In this document: one piece after another, positions 38,182 to 47,304 of the stretch | Numbering within the stretch: position 1 is the stretch's first letter | Layout of the letters: the number at the start of each line of letters is the position of its first letter | Assembly: GCA_016181175.1 (NCBI GenBank) | Contig: JACOZV010000001.1 | Span: 4,643 to 68,642, forward strand | Length of the DNA stretch: 64,000 nt | Origin: Candidatus Yanofskybacteria bacterium | Lineage (GTDB): Bacteria > Patescibacteriota > Minisyncoccia > 2-02-FULL-40-12 > IGHO2-01-FULL-4-A | Direction of reading: 5' to 3' | Notes under the pieces: model-generated | Database searches by the model: none | Told to the model about the DNA's origin: nothing | Seen by the model: the letters and a program-made list of their open reading frames with translations, nothing else | Program-made: the position numbers and the translations under genes

Positions 38182-38952
38182 ATGGATTCAGAAACAAAGC
38201 CGGAAATTACAGAGGACTCTCGCGAGGCGGTTGCCGAGATTACAGCCGCAGATGCGCTAAAGCCAAACGAAACCAAACTGAACTATACCCAGTTTATTTT
38301 GCCCGGAGCGATTTTGCTTGCTGCTTTAATTATTTCAGGAACATTATTTTATACTCGTGGCGGCATGGGTACGGCACAAATTGGAGACTCTGGCACAAAA
38401 ACAGAAAGGGTGGATGTTAAAATTGGATCCGGCGATCACGTATTGGGGAATAAGGATGCAAAAGTTACCATCGTGGAATTCAGCGATTTTCAGTGTCCGT
38501 TTTGCAGGTCGTTTTGGAGTGGTACCTTGCCCCAGATTAAAAGGGATTACGTTGATACCGGCAAGGCCAAGTTCGTTTATAAGCATTATCCATTGGATTT
38601 TCATTCCGGAGCGCGTCCGGCGGCGGAAGCGTCCGAATGTGCCAACGACCAAGGCAAGTTTTGGGAATTTCATGATAAGGTTTTTGAAGAGCAAGCGAAG
38701 CTTGGGCAAGGAACAATACAATTCGGCAAACCCGAAATTGTTAAATGGGCGGGGGTGATTGAGCTCAATATGTCCCAGTTCAACGAATGTTTTAATTCCG
38801 GCAAATATGCCCAGCATGTAAGTGATGATATGGCCCAGGGAAGCAAGGCTGGCGTGGGGGGTACACCGACCACCTTCATTAACGGCCAAAAAATCGTTGG
38901 CGCCCAGCCGTTTGCTAATTTTCAGGCAGTCATCGAGGGGTTATTAAAATAA
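38182..38952 (+). CDS. DsbA-family thiol:disulfide oxidoreductase, membrane anchored
   Basis: N-terminal TM; FSDFQCPFCRSF CxxC thioredoxin-fold motif; GTPTTFINGQ cis-Pro region. Confidence 0.75.
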   Translation: MDSETKPEITEDSREAVAEITAADALKPNETKLNYTQFILPGAILLAALIISGTLFYTRGGMGTAQIGDSGTKTERVDVKIGSGDHVLGNKDAKVTIVEFSDFQCPFCRSFWSGTLPQIKRDYVDTGKAKFVYKHYPLDFHSGARPAAEASECANDQGKFWEFHDKVFEEQAKLGQGTIQFGKPEIVKWAGVIELNMSQFNECFNSGKYAQHVSDDMAQGSKAGVGGTPTTFINGQKIVGAQPFANFQAVIEGLLK

Positions 38953-38957
38953 AAATT

Positions 38958-39260
38958 ATGGAAAATATTGAGAGAGATAAAAAAACACATGCCAAATTGG
39001 AGGAAAAATCTGACTCTGACAAATACAGAGAGGGTCTTGAAACATACAAAAAAGTGTTATTAGCTTACAGGGATTGGTTGCAAGAACAAGAAGACAAAGG
39101 GAATACGGATACACCTGAAATGGCTCGGGAAAGTTTGCGTAGGCATTTTTTTATTAATGGAATGGTGGTCGCCCTTGGTCTTACCGAACAAGAGGAAATT
39201 GCTATCATGAAAGAGATTGGGTTCACCGGTAGTATCGTTAAAAAGCATTCTGAAAATTAA
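38958..39260 (+). CDS. hypothetical protein
   Basis: ORF only; charged 100 aa. Confidence 0.3.
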   Translation: MENIERDKKTHAKLEEKSDSDKYREGLETYKKVLLAYRDWLQEQEDKGNTDTPEMARESLRRHFFINGMVVALGLTEQEEIAIMKEIGFTGSIVKKHSEN

Positions 39261-39332
39261 ATTATGAATATAGGATTAGCTTTTTAGTTTTTTATTTGTA
39301 TAATAAGGGGTCAGCAAAAGCTGGCTTTTATT

Positions 39333-40523
39333 ATGGCTAAAAGAAAAACAATCTATTTAGATTATGCTGGGACGACACCGATAGATCCGCGGGTGGAACG
39401 GGTGGTTTTGAAGCATTTGCGGGAGAGCTGGGGTAACGCTTCGTCGGTACATGAGATTGGACGACAGGCGAGAGAGGTTATTGAAGATTCACGCAAAGCA
39501 ACGGCAAGGGTGCTTGGAGTAAAATCAGAAGAAATAATTTTTACCGGTTCAGGCACGGAGTCGGCGAATTTAGCGATATTCGGAGTAGCGAGGGCTTATA
39601 AAAAATACGGCAAGCATATTATAACTTCCAAAATCGAACATCCTGCCGTATTGCGTGCCTGTGAATATTTGGATAAGAACGAAGGGTTTAAGGTAACTTA
39701 TCTAGATGTAGACAAAAACGGATTAATTGACCCAGAAGTTTTACGCAGTGCATTGCGATCAGATACAATACTAGTTTCGATTATGTATGCCAATAATGAA
39801 ATCGGCACAATACAACCCATTACGGAGATTTCCAAAATTATTAGAAATTTTCGCCAAAACCTAAAACCTATAACCTATAACCTAAAACCTTTTTTCCATA
39901 CCGATGCCTGCCAAGCGGCCGGAGCGTTAAACTTGAATGTTAACCAGCTTGGAATTGATCTATTAACCCTAAACGGATCTAAAATATATGGTCCCAAGGG
40001 AACTGGTTGTCTTTTTATCAGACGGGGTACCGAACTTGTGCCGCAGATAGTTGGTGGCTCTCAAGAAAGGGGACTTCGTGCCGGCACTGAAAACCCGGCG
40101 TTAATTGCGGGTTTTGCCAAAGCGTTGGAGTTGGCTGACAAAAGCAAGGTTGGGGAGAGAAAGCGGTTGGTTAAACTTCGCGATTATATGATACGCCAAG
40201 TCTTAAAAACAATTCCCGATAGCCGTCTCAATGGCGACCCAATCAAACGTTTGCCTAATAATATAAATATTTCATTTAAAAACGTAGACGGCGAGATGCT
40301 CATGCTCGCGCTTGATCAAAAAGGCATCCAGGTCTCAACAGGATCTGCTTGCACTTCAACTTCAACAGAGCCGTCACACGTGCTTAAAGCGCTAGATTTA
40401 TCTAACGAGCTTGCGAAGGGAAATATCCGCATTACTCTTGGCCGGCAAACAACAAAAAAGGACATTGATAGTGTCCTGAAAATACTCGCGTCGCTTATCC
40501 AAAAAACTTTGTCAAAACATTAA
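39333..40523 (+). CDS. iscS: cysteine desulfurase (IscS/NifS class)
   Basis: SGTESANLAI; HTDACQAAG; PLP-Lys region LTLNGSKIYGPKGTG; SGSACTS active-site Cys loop. Confidence 0.85.
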   Translation: MAKRKTIYLDYAGTTPIDPRVERVVLKHLRESWGNASSVHEIGRQAREVIEDSRKATARVLGVKSEEIIFTGSGTESANLAIFGVARAYKKYGKHIITSKIEHPAVLRACEYLDKNEGFKVTYLDVDKNGLIDPEVLRSALRSDTILVSIMYANNEIGTIQPITEISKIIRNFRQNLKPITYNLKPFFHTDACQAAGALNLNVNQLGIDLLTLNGSKIYGPKGTGCLFIRRGTELVPQIVGGSQERGLRAGTENPALIAGFAKALELADKSKVGERKRLVKLRDYMIRQVLKTIPDSRLNGDPIKRLPNNINISFKNVDGEMLMLALDQKGIQVSTGSACTSTSTEPSHVLKALDLSNELAKGNIRITLGRQTTKKDIDSVLKILASLIQKTLSKH

Positions 40524-40528
40524 CATTG

Positions 40529-40601
40529 TCCGCCCTGTAGGATTCGAACCTACGACCTTCTCCTTAAGAGGGAGCAGCTCTACCAACTGAGCTAAGGGCG
40601 G
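40529..40601 (-). tRNA. tRNA-Lys (anticodon CTT)
   Basis: Hand fold: acceptor CCGCCCT/AGGGCGG, D-arm GCTC-AGTTGGTA-GAGC, loop CTCTTAA, T-arm GTAGG-TTCGAAT-CCTAC. One G-A mismatch at the top of the anticodon stem. Confidence 0.75.
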
Positions 40602-40703
40602 CTAAATTAATTTGTAAACAAATTAATCGCCCGATCAATTTGCGAAGCAAAATGGTTTGGGTTATTTGTTGAGGATAACAAAAAAATATATTTTTTTCAA
40701 TAT

Positions 40704-40730
40704 AAAACTCCGCCAGTTGGCGGAGTTTTA
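40704..40730. terminator. bidirectional terminator downstream of the sortase gene
   Basis: AAAACTCCGCC-agtt-GGCGGAGTTTTA. Confidence 0.7.
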
Positions 40731-40733
40731 TAT

Positions 40734-41342
40734 CTATTTAACTAGTTCTGCCTGTACCGCAATGCGCTTATAGTTAGTGCCTATCGGCCAGCAGCTGATA
40801 AGAACCAAAGACGAACCGGGATATTTTTCTATTTGTTTTAGTTGCAAGTCGTCAGAAAAAGGGGAGAAGATGAGCGATTGTTTAACGTTAAAATTGAACG
40901 TCCGGCCATCGCTATATTTAACTGAAAATTTATCTCCCGGTTCCAATTTGCCCAAAAGTGCAAACACAGAACCATACTTACCTCTATACCACGGATAAGC
41001 GGAACTATGGCCCAATATCACTGAAACACCATCAAGACCGGGTTTTGGGGTATTCGAGTAATGGACTACGCCGTTTTCCAGATTTTTTAATATTTTATCG
41101 TTGTCACTGGCGACATTAAAAACTATTGGTGCAGTAATGCCTATTTTACCAACAGTTAATGTTGTCATATTTGGCAGTGGTACGGGGGATTTATCTTTAG
41201 CTGGTGGTAATTGGACTAAGTCTGGTAATTCGGTATTTATTTTTAGCCAGTAATTTACGTTAGCAGATAAAAATCTGCCGTTTAATATGGTAAAAGTTAG
41301 CACGAATAAAATTACAAAAACTTTTAGAAAGCGTAATTTCAT
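40734..41342 (-). CDS. sortase family transpeptidase
   Basis: N-terminal TM; LVLISCWP (TLxTC-like active-site Cys); ILGHSS His region. Confidence 0.55.
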   Translation of the reverse strand: MKLRFLKVFVILFVLTFTILNGRFLSANVNYWLKINTELPDLVQLPPAKDKSPVPLPNMTTLTVGKIGITAPIVFNVASDNDKILKNLENGVVHYSNTPKPGLDGVSVILGHSSAYPWYRGKYGSVFALLGKLEPGDKFSVKYSDGRTFNFNVKQSLIFSPFSDDLQLKQIEKYPGSSLVLISCWPIGTNYKRIAVQAELVK

Positions 41343-41358
41343 AGTTTAAAATAATGAA

Positions 41359-42228
41359 TTATATTATTAGAGCAGTATGTGTCGTTTGTAACACGGGGAT
41401 AGCCACGGCCAAAATTAATATCGCGAAACTTGTCGCAGTTCTTATGGCAGATGCCCTTTTTAAGCCGTAAAGCGATAACAATACAATTGAGAATAAGAAA
41501 GCAGCCAGAGCGTAAAGTATGAAAGTAGCATTGAAAATTTGAGTTATTTTATTAAATCGTGAACTGATATTGTCGATCTTGGAAATAACAGGTTCTTTTG
41601 GTGATAATGAAATAGCTATTGGAGTAGCATCCGGGGTTTTAATAGGAGGTCTTGTTTGAGCGATAGTTTTTGAGGGTACTGTTGGTTTTGGTGTTCCAAA
41701 AAGCTGTACCACCAGAAAACCTTGGCTATTTGCAATTTTTGCAGGAGCTATAGCTATGCCTATTTCTTTATAATTTGAGTTGAGCAGATTTTCCCTGTGT
41801 GATGGCGAGTTAGCCCACGCATCTACAGTATCTTTGGCTGTCAGGAATCCTATGGCTAGATTTTCTCCCGCGTAGTTATATTTGTATTGATTAGTATCCA
41901 TCCAGTACCAGGGTGAAACACCAGCCGGGCTGGAATGGGCGAAGTATTGGTTCTGTATCATGTCCTGCAATTTTTGCAGTGCAGCAACATCGAGGACGGG
42001 GTTTTCTTTTAGTATGCCCAATCCTAAATTCTGGCGTAGCGTATTTGTTTGGCTGATTACCTCTTCTTTGGAGAATGTTGCTAGACTATCAACCAAACTC
42101 GCGAATTGTAGACCCGAGTAAGAAAAAAATACCTTAATGAAAATTAGGGCCGCCAAATTCCAAACTAAGAATTTGTTTTTCCAAAGTATCCTCATGGCTT
42201 TGGATTTGAGCCGCCCGGTTCTTATCAT
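41359..42228 (-). CDS. CAP/SCP/PR1-like domain protein with N- and C-terminal TM segments
   Basis: HSSPAG....GEN..........W..S..HRENLL pattern of the CAP domain. Confidence 0.55.
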   Translation of the reverse strand: MIRTGRLKSKAMRILWKNKFLVWNLAALIFIKVFFSYSGLQFASLVDSLATFSKEEVISQTNTLRQNLGLGILKENPVLDVAALQKLQDMIQNQYFAHSSPAGVSPWYWMDTNQYKYNYAGENLAIGFLTAKDTVDAWANSPSHRENLLNSNYKEIGIAIAPAKIANSQGFLVVQLFGTPKPTVPSKTIAQTRPPIKTPDATPIAISLSPKEPVISKIDNISSRFNKITQIFNATFILYALAAFLFSIVLLSLYGLKRASAIRTATSFAILILAVAIPVLQTTHTALII

Positions 42229-43088
42229 AAGAAATTAAACCGGTTTTTGTCAGAGCGATGTTTTTTGACCACTGCCAATGCTTCACGGTTTTTGAATAAG
42301 TCGGTTTGGGTGTAGGTCATATATATAATTGTAGCAAAAGTACTAATCAATAGCGACAATACCAAACTGGAAGTAGTTCCAGTGGCAACCCCAGAAACTT
42401 TATTTATAGAAGCACCGGCTACCTGGGTGTTATTGTTGGCATTGCTTGTATTATTTTGGACTACTGTAGTATTTAGGATTGAATTTGTTGCTAAAAAACC
42501 GCTGCGTGTAAAAACTTGTCTGCCAAGGACGCTATTTAGTTCGTTATCTGGAACTACATTTTGCTTGAAAGCAAAATTTCCAAAGTCTGTTGTAGCCGAG
42601 GTACCATAGTAATAACTTGAAACCACAGACCCGGATTCACGCACGGTAAGTTTAATTGAATGTATTTCTGGGCTAGCTGAATTGATGTTTGCGCGTCCTA
42701 TTGTCGCCATCCAGCGTGCGCTGTTACCTAGACTAGAAAAATTTACAAAAACATTTTTAGTAGTTTCAGTCCAAGTGTTGCCGTTATTGTTGCTGATAAA
42801 ATATACGATTCTTCCACCAGCGGGGGAATAATCAGAAACCTCCAGTCGGGCGGAGCCAATATTGTAGTAGGTATTTATTAACGGTACCGAAACTATATTT
42901 GTAGAAATAACATTGTCGGGAGCACTTATCATGCCATTAGCAAATTTGTAATTGCTACGGCTGGTATCTATATTGTAATTTTCTGAAAAATTATCTGAAA
43001 AAGAAAACTCAGCAGCGTTAGCTAGGGGAACATAAACGCCGAGCAATATGGAGATAATTAATAGGAAAGTAAAAGTTATTTTTTTCAT
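42225..43088 (-). CDS. secreted hypothetical protein with a C-terminal TM anchor and positively charged tail
   Basis: Signal peptide ending ANA; Asn/Ser/Thr-rich; C-terminal hydrophobic segment followed by KNREALAVVKKHRSDKNR. Confidence 0.35.
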   Translation of the reverse strand: MKKITFTFLLIISILLGVYVPLANAAEFSFSDNFSENYNIDTSRSNYKFANGMISAPDNVISTNIVSVPLINTYYNIGSARLEVSDYSPAGGRIVYFISNNNGNTWTETTKNVFVNFSSLGNSARWMATIGRANINSASPEIHSIKLTVRESGSVVSSYYYGTSATTDFGNFAFKQNVVPDNELNSVLGRQVFTRSGFLATNSILNTTVVQNNTSNANNNTQVAGASINKVSGVATGTTSSLVLSLLISTFATIIYMTYTQTDLFKNREALAVVKKHRSDKNRFNFL

Positions 43089-43198
43089 ATAAATAATAAG
43101 TAAATAGTAATAAATTAGTAGATAGTAGTTAAATATAAATAGGGTTTGGAACCCTATTTATATAATAATAGCATGTTTTATTTATGAAGTCAAGCATG

Positions 43199-43271
43199 TG
43201 CGCCTGCCAGGGCTCGAACCCGGAACCTACTCCTTCGAAGGGAGCCGCTCTTCCAATTGAGCTACAGGCGC
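43199..43271 (-). tRNA. tRNA-Arg (anticodon TCG)
   Basis: Acceptor GCGCCTG/CAGGCGC, D-arm GCTC-AATTGGAA-GAGC, loop CTTCGAA, T-arm CCGGG-TTCGAGC-CCTGG. Confidence 0.8.
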
Positions 43272-43324
43272 CTGCCTTTATTAAAACAAAAATCTTACCT
43301 TTCGGCAAGATTTTGTTTCATAGA

Positions 43325-43927
43325 TTAGGATTCCAGAACGTGAATTTTTACTTGCTTCAACCCGAAGTCCAAGGCGCTTGTGCGATCTGGAAACCAAATA
43401 TCTATTCTGTACCAATATCTGCGATTCATTCTGTCTTCAACTGTGAAAATTTTATCGCCGTAAATATCCGGAATTTTTATTTTTGTGCCAAATGGTAAAA
43501 AGTTGGCAGCAATAATACCGTCACGAACCGTAGTGTTCCAAGCCGTTATAAATGGTGTGTCATCTGTTTGGTCAGGGGTTGAAGAGTAAGCCGTTGCATG
43601 AACTACCATTTCTCTTATCAGTTGGTTAGTGTTTTTTGTCTGAACTGATTTTATCACTTTTTGTATTACTGGAGAGCCAATAGAAACCAGAGAGTTGTTT
43701 TGAACCAGCGGCAAATTTTCCGGTTCTTTCTGGCTGTTGGGTAACTCGCTATTAACGTTTAAGTAAGAGGTCACAAAATTGAATATCTGAATTGTTGAAT
43801 CTTTTGAGTCTTCAGAAGTCCAGTTAAAAAGGGCCGCATTGGCCACAGGGAAACCAACCGAAAACACTAAAGTTAAAAGCGTCACTAATACCATCGTTTG
43901 TTTAATTTTTGTTATATTTTTGTTCAT
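43325..43927 (-). CDS. secreted 3D-domain protein (MltA/YocH-like cell-wall-associated)
   Basis: Signal peptide; VHATAYSS...DDTPFITAWNTTVRDGIIAAN...IDIWF matches the 3D domain pattern. Confidence 0.55.
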   Translation of the reverse strand: MNKNITKIKQTMVLVTLLTLVFSVGFPVANAALFNWTSEDSKDSTIQIFNFVTSYLNVNSELPNSQKEPENLPLVQNNSLVSIGSPVIQKVIKSVQTKNTNQLIREMVVHATAYSSTPDQTDDTPFITAWNTTVRDGIIAANFLPFGTKIKIPDIYGDKIFTVEDRMNRRYWYRIDIWFPDRTSALDFGLKQVKIHVLES

Positions 43928-44038
43928 TTTTGTAATAAAAAACAGCCTTTTTGGCTATTTTTCAACTAAAAAACCCGCCATAGCGGATTTATTACTTCAT
44001 TTTGTAAGTATAGCAAATTACCTACCCCAAAGTCAAGT

Positions 44039-44545
44039 CTAGTCCAAGGAGGTTGATTTTCTAAAAGGCCACATCGGCCAAAGTTTTTTTAGCATTAAAA
44101 GGCCAGGTTTTACTGTTAGAATGAATAAAAACAAACCAATTATGATATTGAAACCATCATAACTCCAGCGTGAAATGTCGTCATCCCTCAATTTGAGCCA
44201 CATGCCGAATTCGTCCATGGCTAAACCAAGTCCAAAACCATGCAGGAGAGCAACATAAAATTTTCCTCTAGCCGAATGCCTAGTTATTAAAGCGAGGTAC
44301 CCGGCCAAAAAAAGAATAAAAACGCCGTAAGTATAGTGGTGGACTTGAAGGCCCGGCTCAAGTTCTAAATAGAGATGGGGGATTACATTGTAAGTTATGA
44401 GATAACCAATTATGCGAGAACCAATAAAAGTAAGAATAAAAGCGACCAATATGGGAAATAGCAAAGCAACGTAAAGACCCGGTTCGTCGGTTTCGACTTT
44501 TCTGCGGATACCATCTCTCATTTTTTGAAAAATTGAGAAAAGCAT
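44039..44545 (-). CDS. membrane protein, hypothetical
   Basis: 4 hydrophobic helices. Confidence 0.35.
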   Translation of the reverse strand: MLFSIFQKMRDGIRRKVETDEPGLYVALLFPILVAFILTFIGSRIIGYLITYNVIPHLYLELEPGLQVHHYTYGVFILFLAGYLALITRHSARGKFYVALLHGFGLGLAMDEFGMWLKLRDDDISRWSYDGFNIIIGLFLFILTVKPGLLMLKKLWPMWPFRKSTSLD

Positions 44546-44551
44546 ATTTTT

Positions 44552-44650
44552 GGAGCGGGATAGTGAATGATGTTAGAACCTATTTCCAGTCATCAACTGA
44601 CTTATTTTATATACCTAGTTTATCAGCAGAAGCGGTTAAAATCAATTAAA
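44552..44650. repeat. 99-bp direct repeat, copy 1
   Basis: Identical to 45519-45617 (GGAGCGGGATAGTGAATGATGTTAGAACC...ATCAATTAAA). Confidence 0.9.
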
Positions 44651-44661
44651 CTTGTTAAAAC

Positions 44662-45039
44662 TTATTCTACGTAATATCCTGTGCCCTTTTCCCACTTTAT
44701 CTTGCCACGTAATGTCATAATAAGTACAAACACTATGGGAAAAAGCATTAACGGAAACAAAAAATATGGAACCCAGTCAAATCCGTTACCAGTTAGCTTC
44801 GACAGTTCTGGCCAAATCCAGAAAAATGTAAATGAAGTTCCTGTCAGCAATCCAGAAATTAACCACATAATTAGAAAACCTTTCAAGTCAGATTTATGTT
44901 CGGGCCTGCTTAAATAGTCCCAGTTATGGGCAATTCCTAAAGTTGGAATGCAAATAAAAAAGATTCCGCCAATGAAACCAATGGCTGTAAGAAAGTTTGC
45001 CAAAATTGTCATATTTTTCTCCTTTTTCAATGTACGCAA
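44662..45039 (-). CDS. small membrane protein, hypothetical
   Basis: 125 aa; 3 TM helices. Confidence 0.35.
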   Translation of the reverse strand: MRTLKKEKNMTILANFLTAIGFIGGIFFICIPTLGIAHNWDYLSRPEHKSDLKGFLIMWLISGLLTGTSFTFFWIWPELSKLTGNGFDWVPYFLFPLMLFPIVFVLIMTLRGKIKWEKGTGYYVE

Positions 45040-45140
45040 GCATATACTATCAAACGATTTGAATATGTCAAGGCCTGCCCAAAAAAGCGCGGGTTCTAAC
45101 CATCTTTATGAGTAACAAAAATAACCCAGCATTTAGTGGA

Positions 45141-45401
45141 TTATTTCAGAAGGGTTCTTTTCAAGGCTTGTTTGAGCTGATTCCTTCCAAAACCACTTTT
45201 TAGAAATACTTCTCTGGCTTTAGCATCTTGTTCGTTGATAAAGTACTCGTAATGAATAAGTTTTAATGGCCTACGATCTCTTGTTGATTTAACTTCACCG
45301 CGAGCGTGTTGCTGTAATCTGTTTTTAAGATTTGTAGTAAAACCAGCATAGAGTTTATTGTCTTTCAAGGATAGCAGGGTGTAAACGTAAAATCGTTCCA
45401 T
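45141..45401 (-). CDS. GIY-YIG nuclease-domain protein (stand-alone, 86 aa)
   Basis: FYVYTL...KLYAGFTTNLKNRLQQH...EYF matches the GIY-YIG core. Confidence 0.7.
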   Translation of the reverse strand: MERFYVYTLLSLKDNKLYAGFTTNLKNRLQQHARGEVKSTRDRRPLKLIHYEYFINEQDAKAREVFLKSGFGRNQLKQALKRTLLK

Positions 45402-45518
45402 AATTAAACACTGCGAAGTCTGACTTCGTAGCCAAAATCATATATAACTTATATAGAGAAGACGATGGCCAAGTCAAACTTGGTTCTCGTCATCCTCGGG
45501 CGCAACCGAGTATGACTC

Positions 45519-45617
45519 GGAGCGGGATAGTGAATGATGTTAGAACCTATTTCCAGTCATCAACTGACTTATTTTATATACCTAGTTTATCAGCAGAAGC
45601 GGTTAAAATCAATTAAA
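45519..45617. repeat. 99-bp direct repeat, copy 2 (overlaps the last 9 codons of the deaminase gene)
   Basis: Identical to 44552-44650. Confidence 0.9.
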
Positions 45618-46012
45618 TTGAACAGCGTTTGAGCCAATTTGAAATCTTCTATCCAGCGCGAGTTATCTGAAACTGGAGCAACAACTTCAGCAATTCCAGC
45701 TTGTATTACCATTGCGGTGCAAGGAGCACAAGACATAAACGGCCACGTATATAATCGGTACCCAACTACTGGCTCTCGTGCGAATAGCAGCGCATTCCGC
45801 TCGCAATGTACTATAATTTTGTATTTAATTTCTCGATTTTCCAGCCGTTCTGGTAAATCATTTACACCACGCGGGAAACCATTATACCCAATAGACACGA
45901 CTCTATTGTTGGGATCAACAATAACTGCTCCAGTTTTTGTTGACGGATCTTTACTCCATTGAGCAATATGTTCAGCAAGAGCTAAAAAACGTCTGTCCCA
46001 TTTTTCGGACAC
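45590..46012 (-). CDS. dCMP / cytidine deaminase (ComEB-like)
   Basis: HCERNAL and SCAPCTAMV zinc-binding motifs (H-x-E ... PCxxC). Confidence 0.75.
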   Translation of the reverse strand: MSEKWDRRFLALAEHIAQWSKDPSTKTGAVIVDPNNRVVSIGYNGFPRGVNDLPERLENREIKYKIIVHCERNALLFAREPVVGYRLYTWPFMSCAPCTAMVIQAGIAEVVAPVSDNSRWIEDFKLAQTLFNLIDFNRFC

Positions 46013-46147
46013 GACAACCTCCTTAATTAAAGAACGTATATGACAAGAGTAGTTTTTTTAGCAAACAGTGTCAAATTAACAAATAGGTTCTAACCCGCTA
46101 TTACCTGTATAAAAAATAGATAAGTAAAAATTAGGTTTTCCGTCTTG

Positions 46148-46218
46148 AGCGGGTAAGGGGAATTGAACCCCTCTCTCGTCCTTGGCAAGGACGCGTAATG
46201 CCGATATACCATACCCGC
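46148..46218 (-). tRNA. tRNA-Gly (anticodon GCC)
   Basis: Acceptor GCGGGTA/TACCCGC, anticodon stem CGTCC/GGACG with loop TTGCCAA, T-arm AGGGG-TTCAATT-CCCCT. Confidence 0.8.
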
Positions 46219-46229
46219 GATTTCTTTAG

Positions 46230-46300
46230 TGCCGGAGGGCAGAATCGAACTGCCTTCAGACGCTCTTCAGGCGCCTGCTTTACCATTAAGCTACTCCGGC
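46230..46300 (-). tRNA. tRNA-Phe (anticodon GAA)
   Basis: Acceptor GCCGGAG/CTCCGGC, D-arm GCTT-AATGGTA-AAGC, loop CTGAAGA, T-arm GGCAG-TTCGATT-CTGCC. Confidence 0.8.
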
Positions 46301-46974
46301 CTTCTTGGTTTTTGTAGATAGGGAAGTCCTAGATATTTATCCTGTTCAATCGCGTCTTTTATTTTACGATACTTTCTATTAAGACGCAAACGATGAGAGG
46401 GATAATACATTGTAGAAAAAAGTTTCTTAGTGTCTCCCTTTACATATTCTAAATTCCATACCCCAGAGCCTTTATGTAGATAACCCATAACGCTATAATA
46501 TTGCGTTAATTTATTTTTAAGCCAAGTCAGGAAATCTAAACTTGCCGAAGCTATGGATAATTTAAAAGAGAAACTACTAGGCCACCTTTTGTCCCTAAAA
46601 GTATAAAAAGTGCCATCTCCATCAAAGAGACCTCTCAAAAAATCAGGAAAATAAAGTCGGGGTACTTTAACACGTTTTATAGTTTTAGATTTAGCCGGAG
46701 TTAGGTCAATATCATTTAAGAATCTGTAGATATATATGTCACCAAAAGTAATACAATAGTATCTTTTTTCCGTTTCACCACCTCTGGCATATTTACCGAT
46801 TTTGTTACTTAGATGTAGGGATTTTTTAAATGTTTCAATGAGTTGTAAATCTTTAGAAGAGAACCATATATGCCTTCTGTCTTTATTCAAACACCCATCG
46901 GCCGTAATAAGCCCGATCGCATATGCTAAATCATTACACCACATAGTGCTAACTTTTCTTTGAACTCGACCCAT
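46291..46974 (-). CDS. LAGLIDADG homing endonuclease, two-motif monomeric type, free-standing
   Basis: Motif 1 LAYAIGLITADGCL; motif 2 LRGLFDGDGTF. The 3' end overlaps the 5' end of tRNA-Phe by about 7 nt. Confidence 0.8.
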   Translation of the reverse strand: MGRVQRKVSTMWCNDLAYAIGLITADGCLNKDRRHIWFSSKDLQLIETFKKSLHLSNKIGKYARGGETEKRYYCITFGDIYIYRFLNDIDLTPAKSKTIKRVKVPRLYFPDFLRGLFDGDGTFYTFRDKRWPSSFSFKLSIASASLDFLTWLKNKLTQYYSVMGYLHKGSGVWNLEYVKGDTKKLFSTMYYPSHRLRLNRKYRKIKDAIEQDKYLGLPYLQKPRRPE

Positions 46975-47059
46975 AAAAATATTATATCAAAAATTTTAAA
47001 TAACTGCCACCGAGCTAAAAAATAAATCCAGATCGTTTAAGTTGTGATATAGTCCAAAT

Positions 47060-47108
47060 TGCTTCGGAAGAGGCAGGCGTTGTCAGTTCGATTCTGACCC
47101 GCGGCACA
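47060..47108 (+). other. tRNA 3'-half-like fragment (T-arm GTCAG-TTCGATT-CTGAC plus acceptor CCGCGGC-A); no matching 5' half found
   Basis: Read directly; the terminal 16 nt CTGACCCGCGGCACAG are repeated at 47286-47301. Confidence 0.45.
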
Positions 47109-47121
47109 GGCCATATTAATT

Positions 47122-47146
47122 AAAAAACCCACCGTGGGTTTTTTAA
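47122..47146. terminator. bidirectional terminator hairpin
   Basis: AAAAAACCCA-ccg-TGGGTTTTTT. Confidence 0.7.
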
Positions 47147-47285
47147 TTAATAAACCTCTGCGAGGTTGAATCGAACAAGTCGAGCCAAGCTCGACAAGTT
47201 CTACTGAATTTTTTAACGACTTGCCGTACTTTTGTACAAGGCAAGTCTAAAATTCTGGATTGAGCTGAAGCAGTTCAGCTCAATC

Positions 47286-47301
47286 GCTGACCCGCGGCAC
47301 A
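47286..47301 (+). repeat. second copy of CTGACCCGCGGCACAG
   Basis: Exact 16-nt match to 47086-47101. Confidence 0.8.
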
Positions 47302-47304
47302 GAC

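Noticed and set aside
39841-39900. Low-complexity repeat AACCTAAAACCTATAACCTATAACCTAAAACC inside iscS, as a possible frameshift or insertion
   Set aside because: The reading frame is continuous and the flanking conserved motifs (SIMYANNEIG, HTDACQ) are intact. It encodes an 11-aa NLKPITYNLKP loop expansion rather than a disruption.
43184-43498. 104-aa plus-strand ORF
   Set aside because: It overlaps tRNA-Arg(TCG) and the 3' end of the 3D-domain gene. The tRNA fold is clean, so the ORF is spurious.
43930-43992. Two weak hairpins (AGCC/GGCT and CCGC-cata-GCGG with flanking A and T runs) as terminators for the minus-strand gene ending at 44039
   Set aside because: The stems are only 4 bp. They are plausible but not strong enough to annotate confidently.
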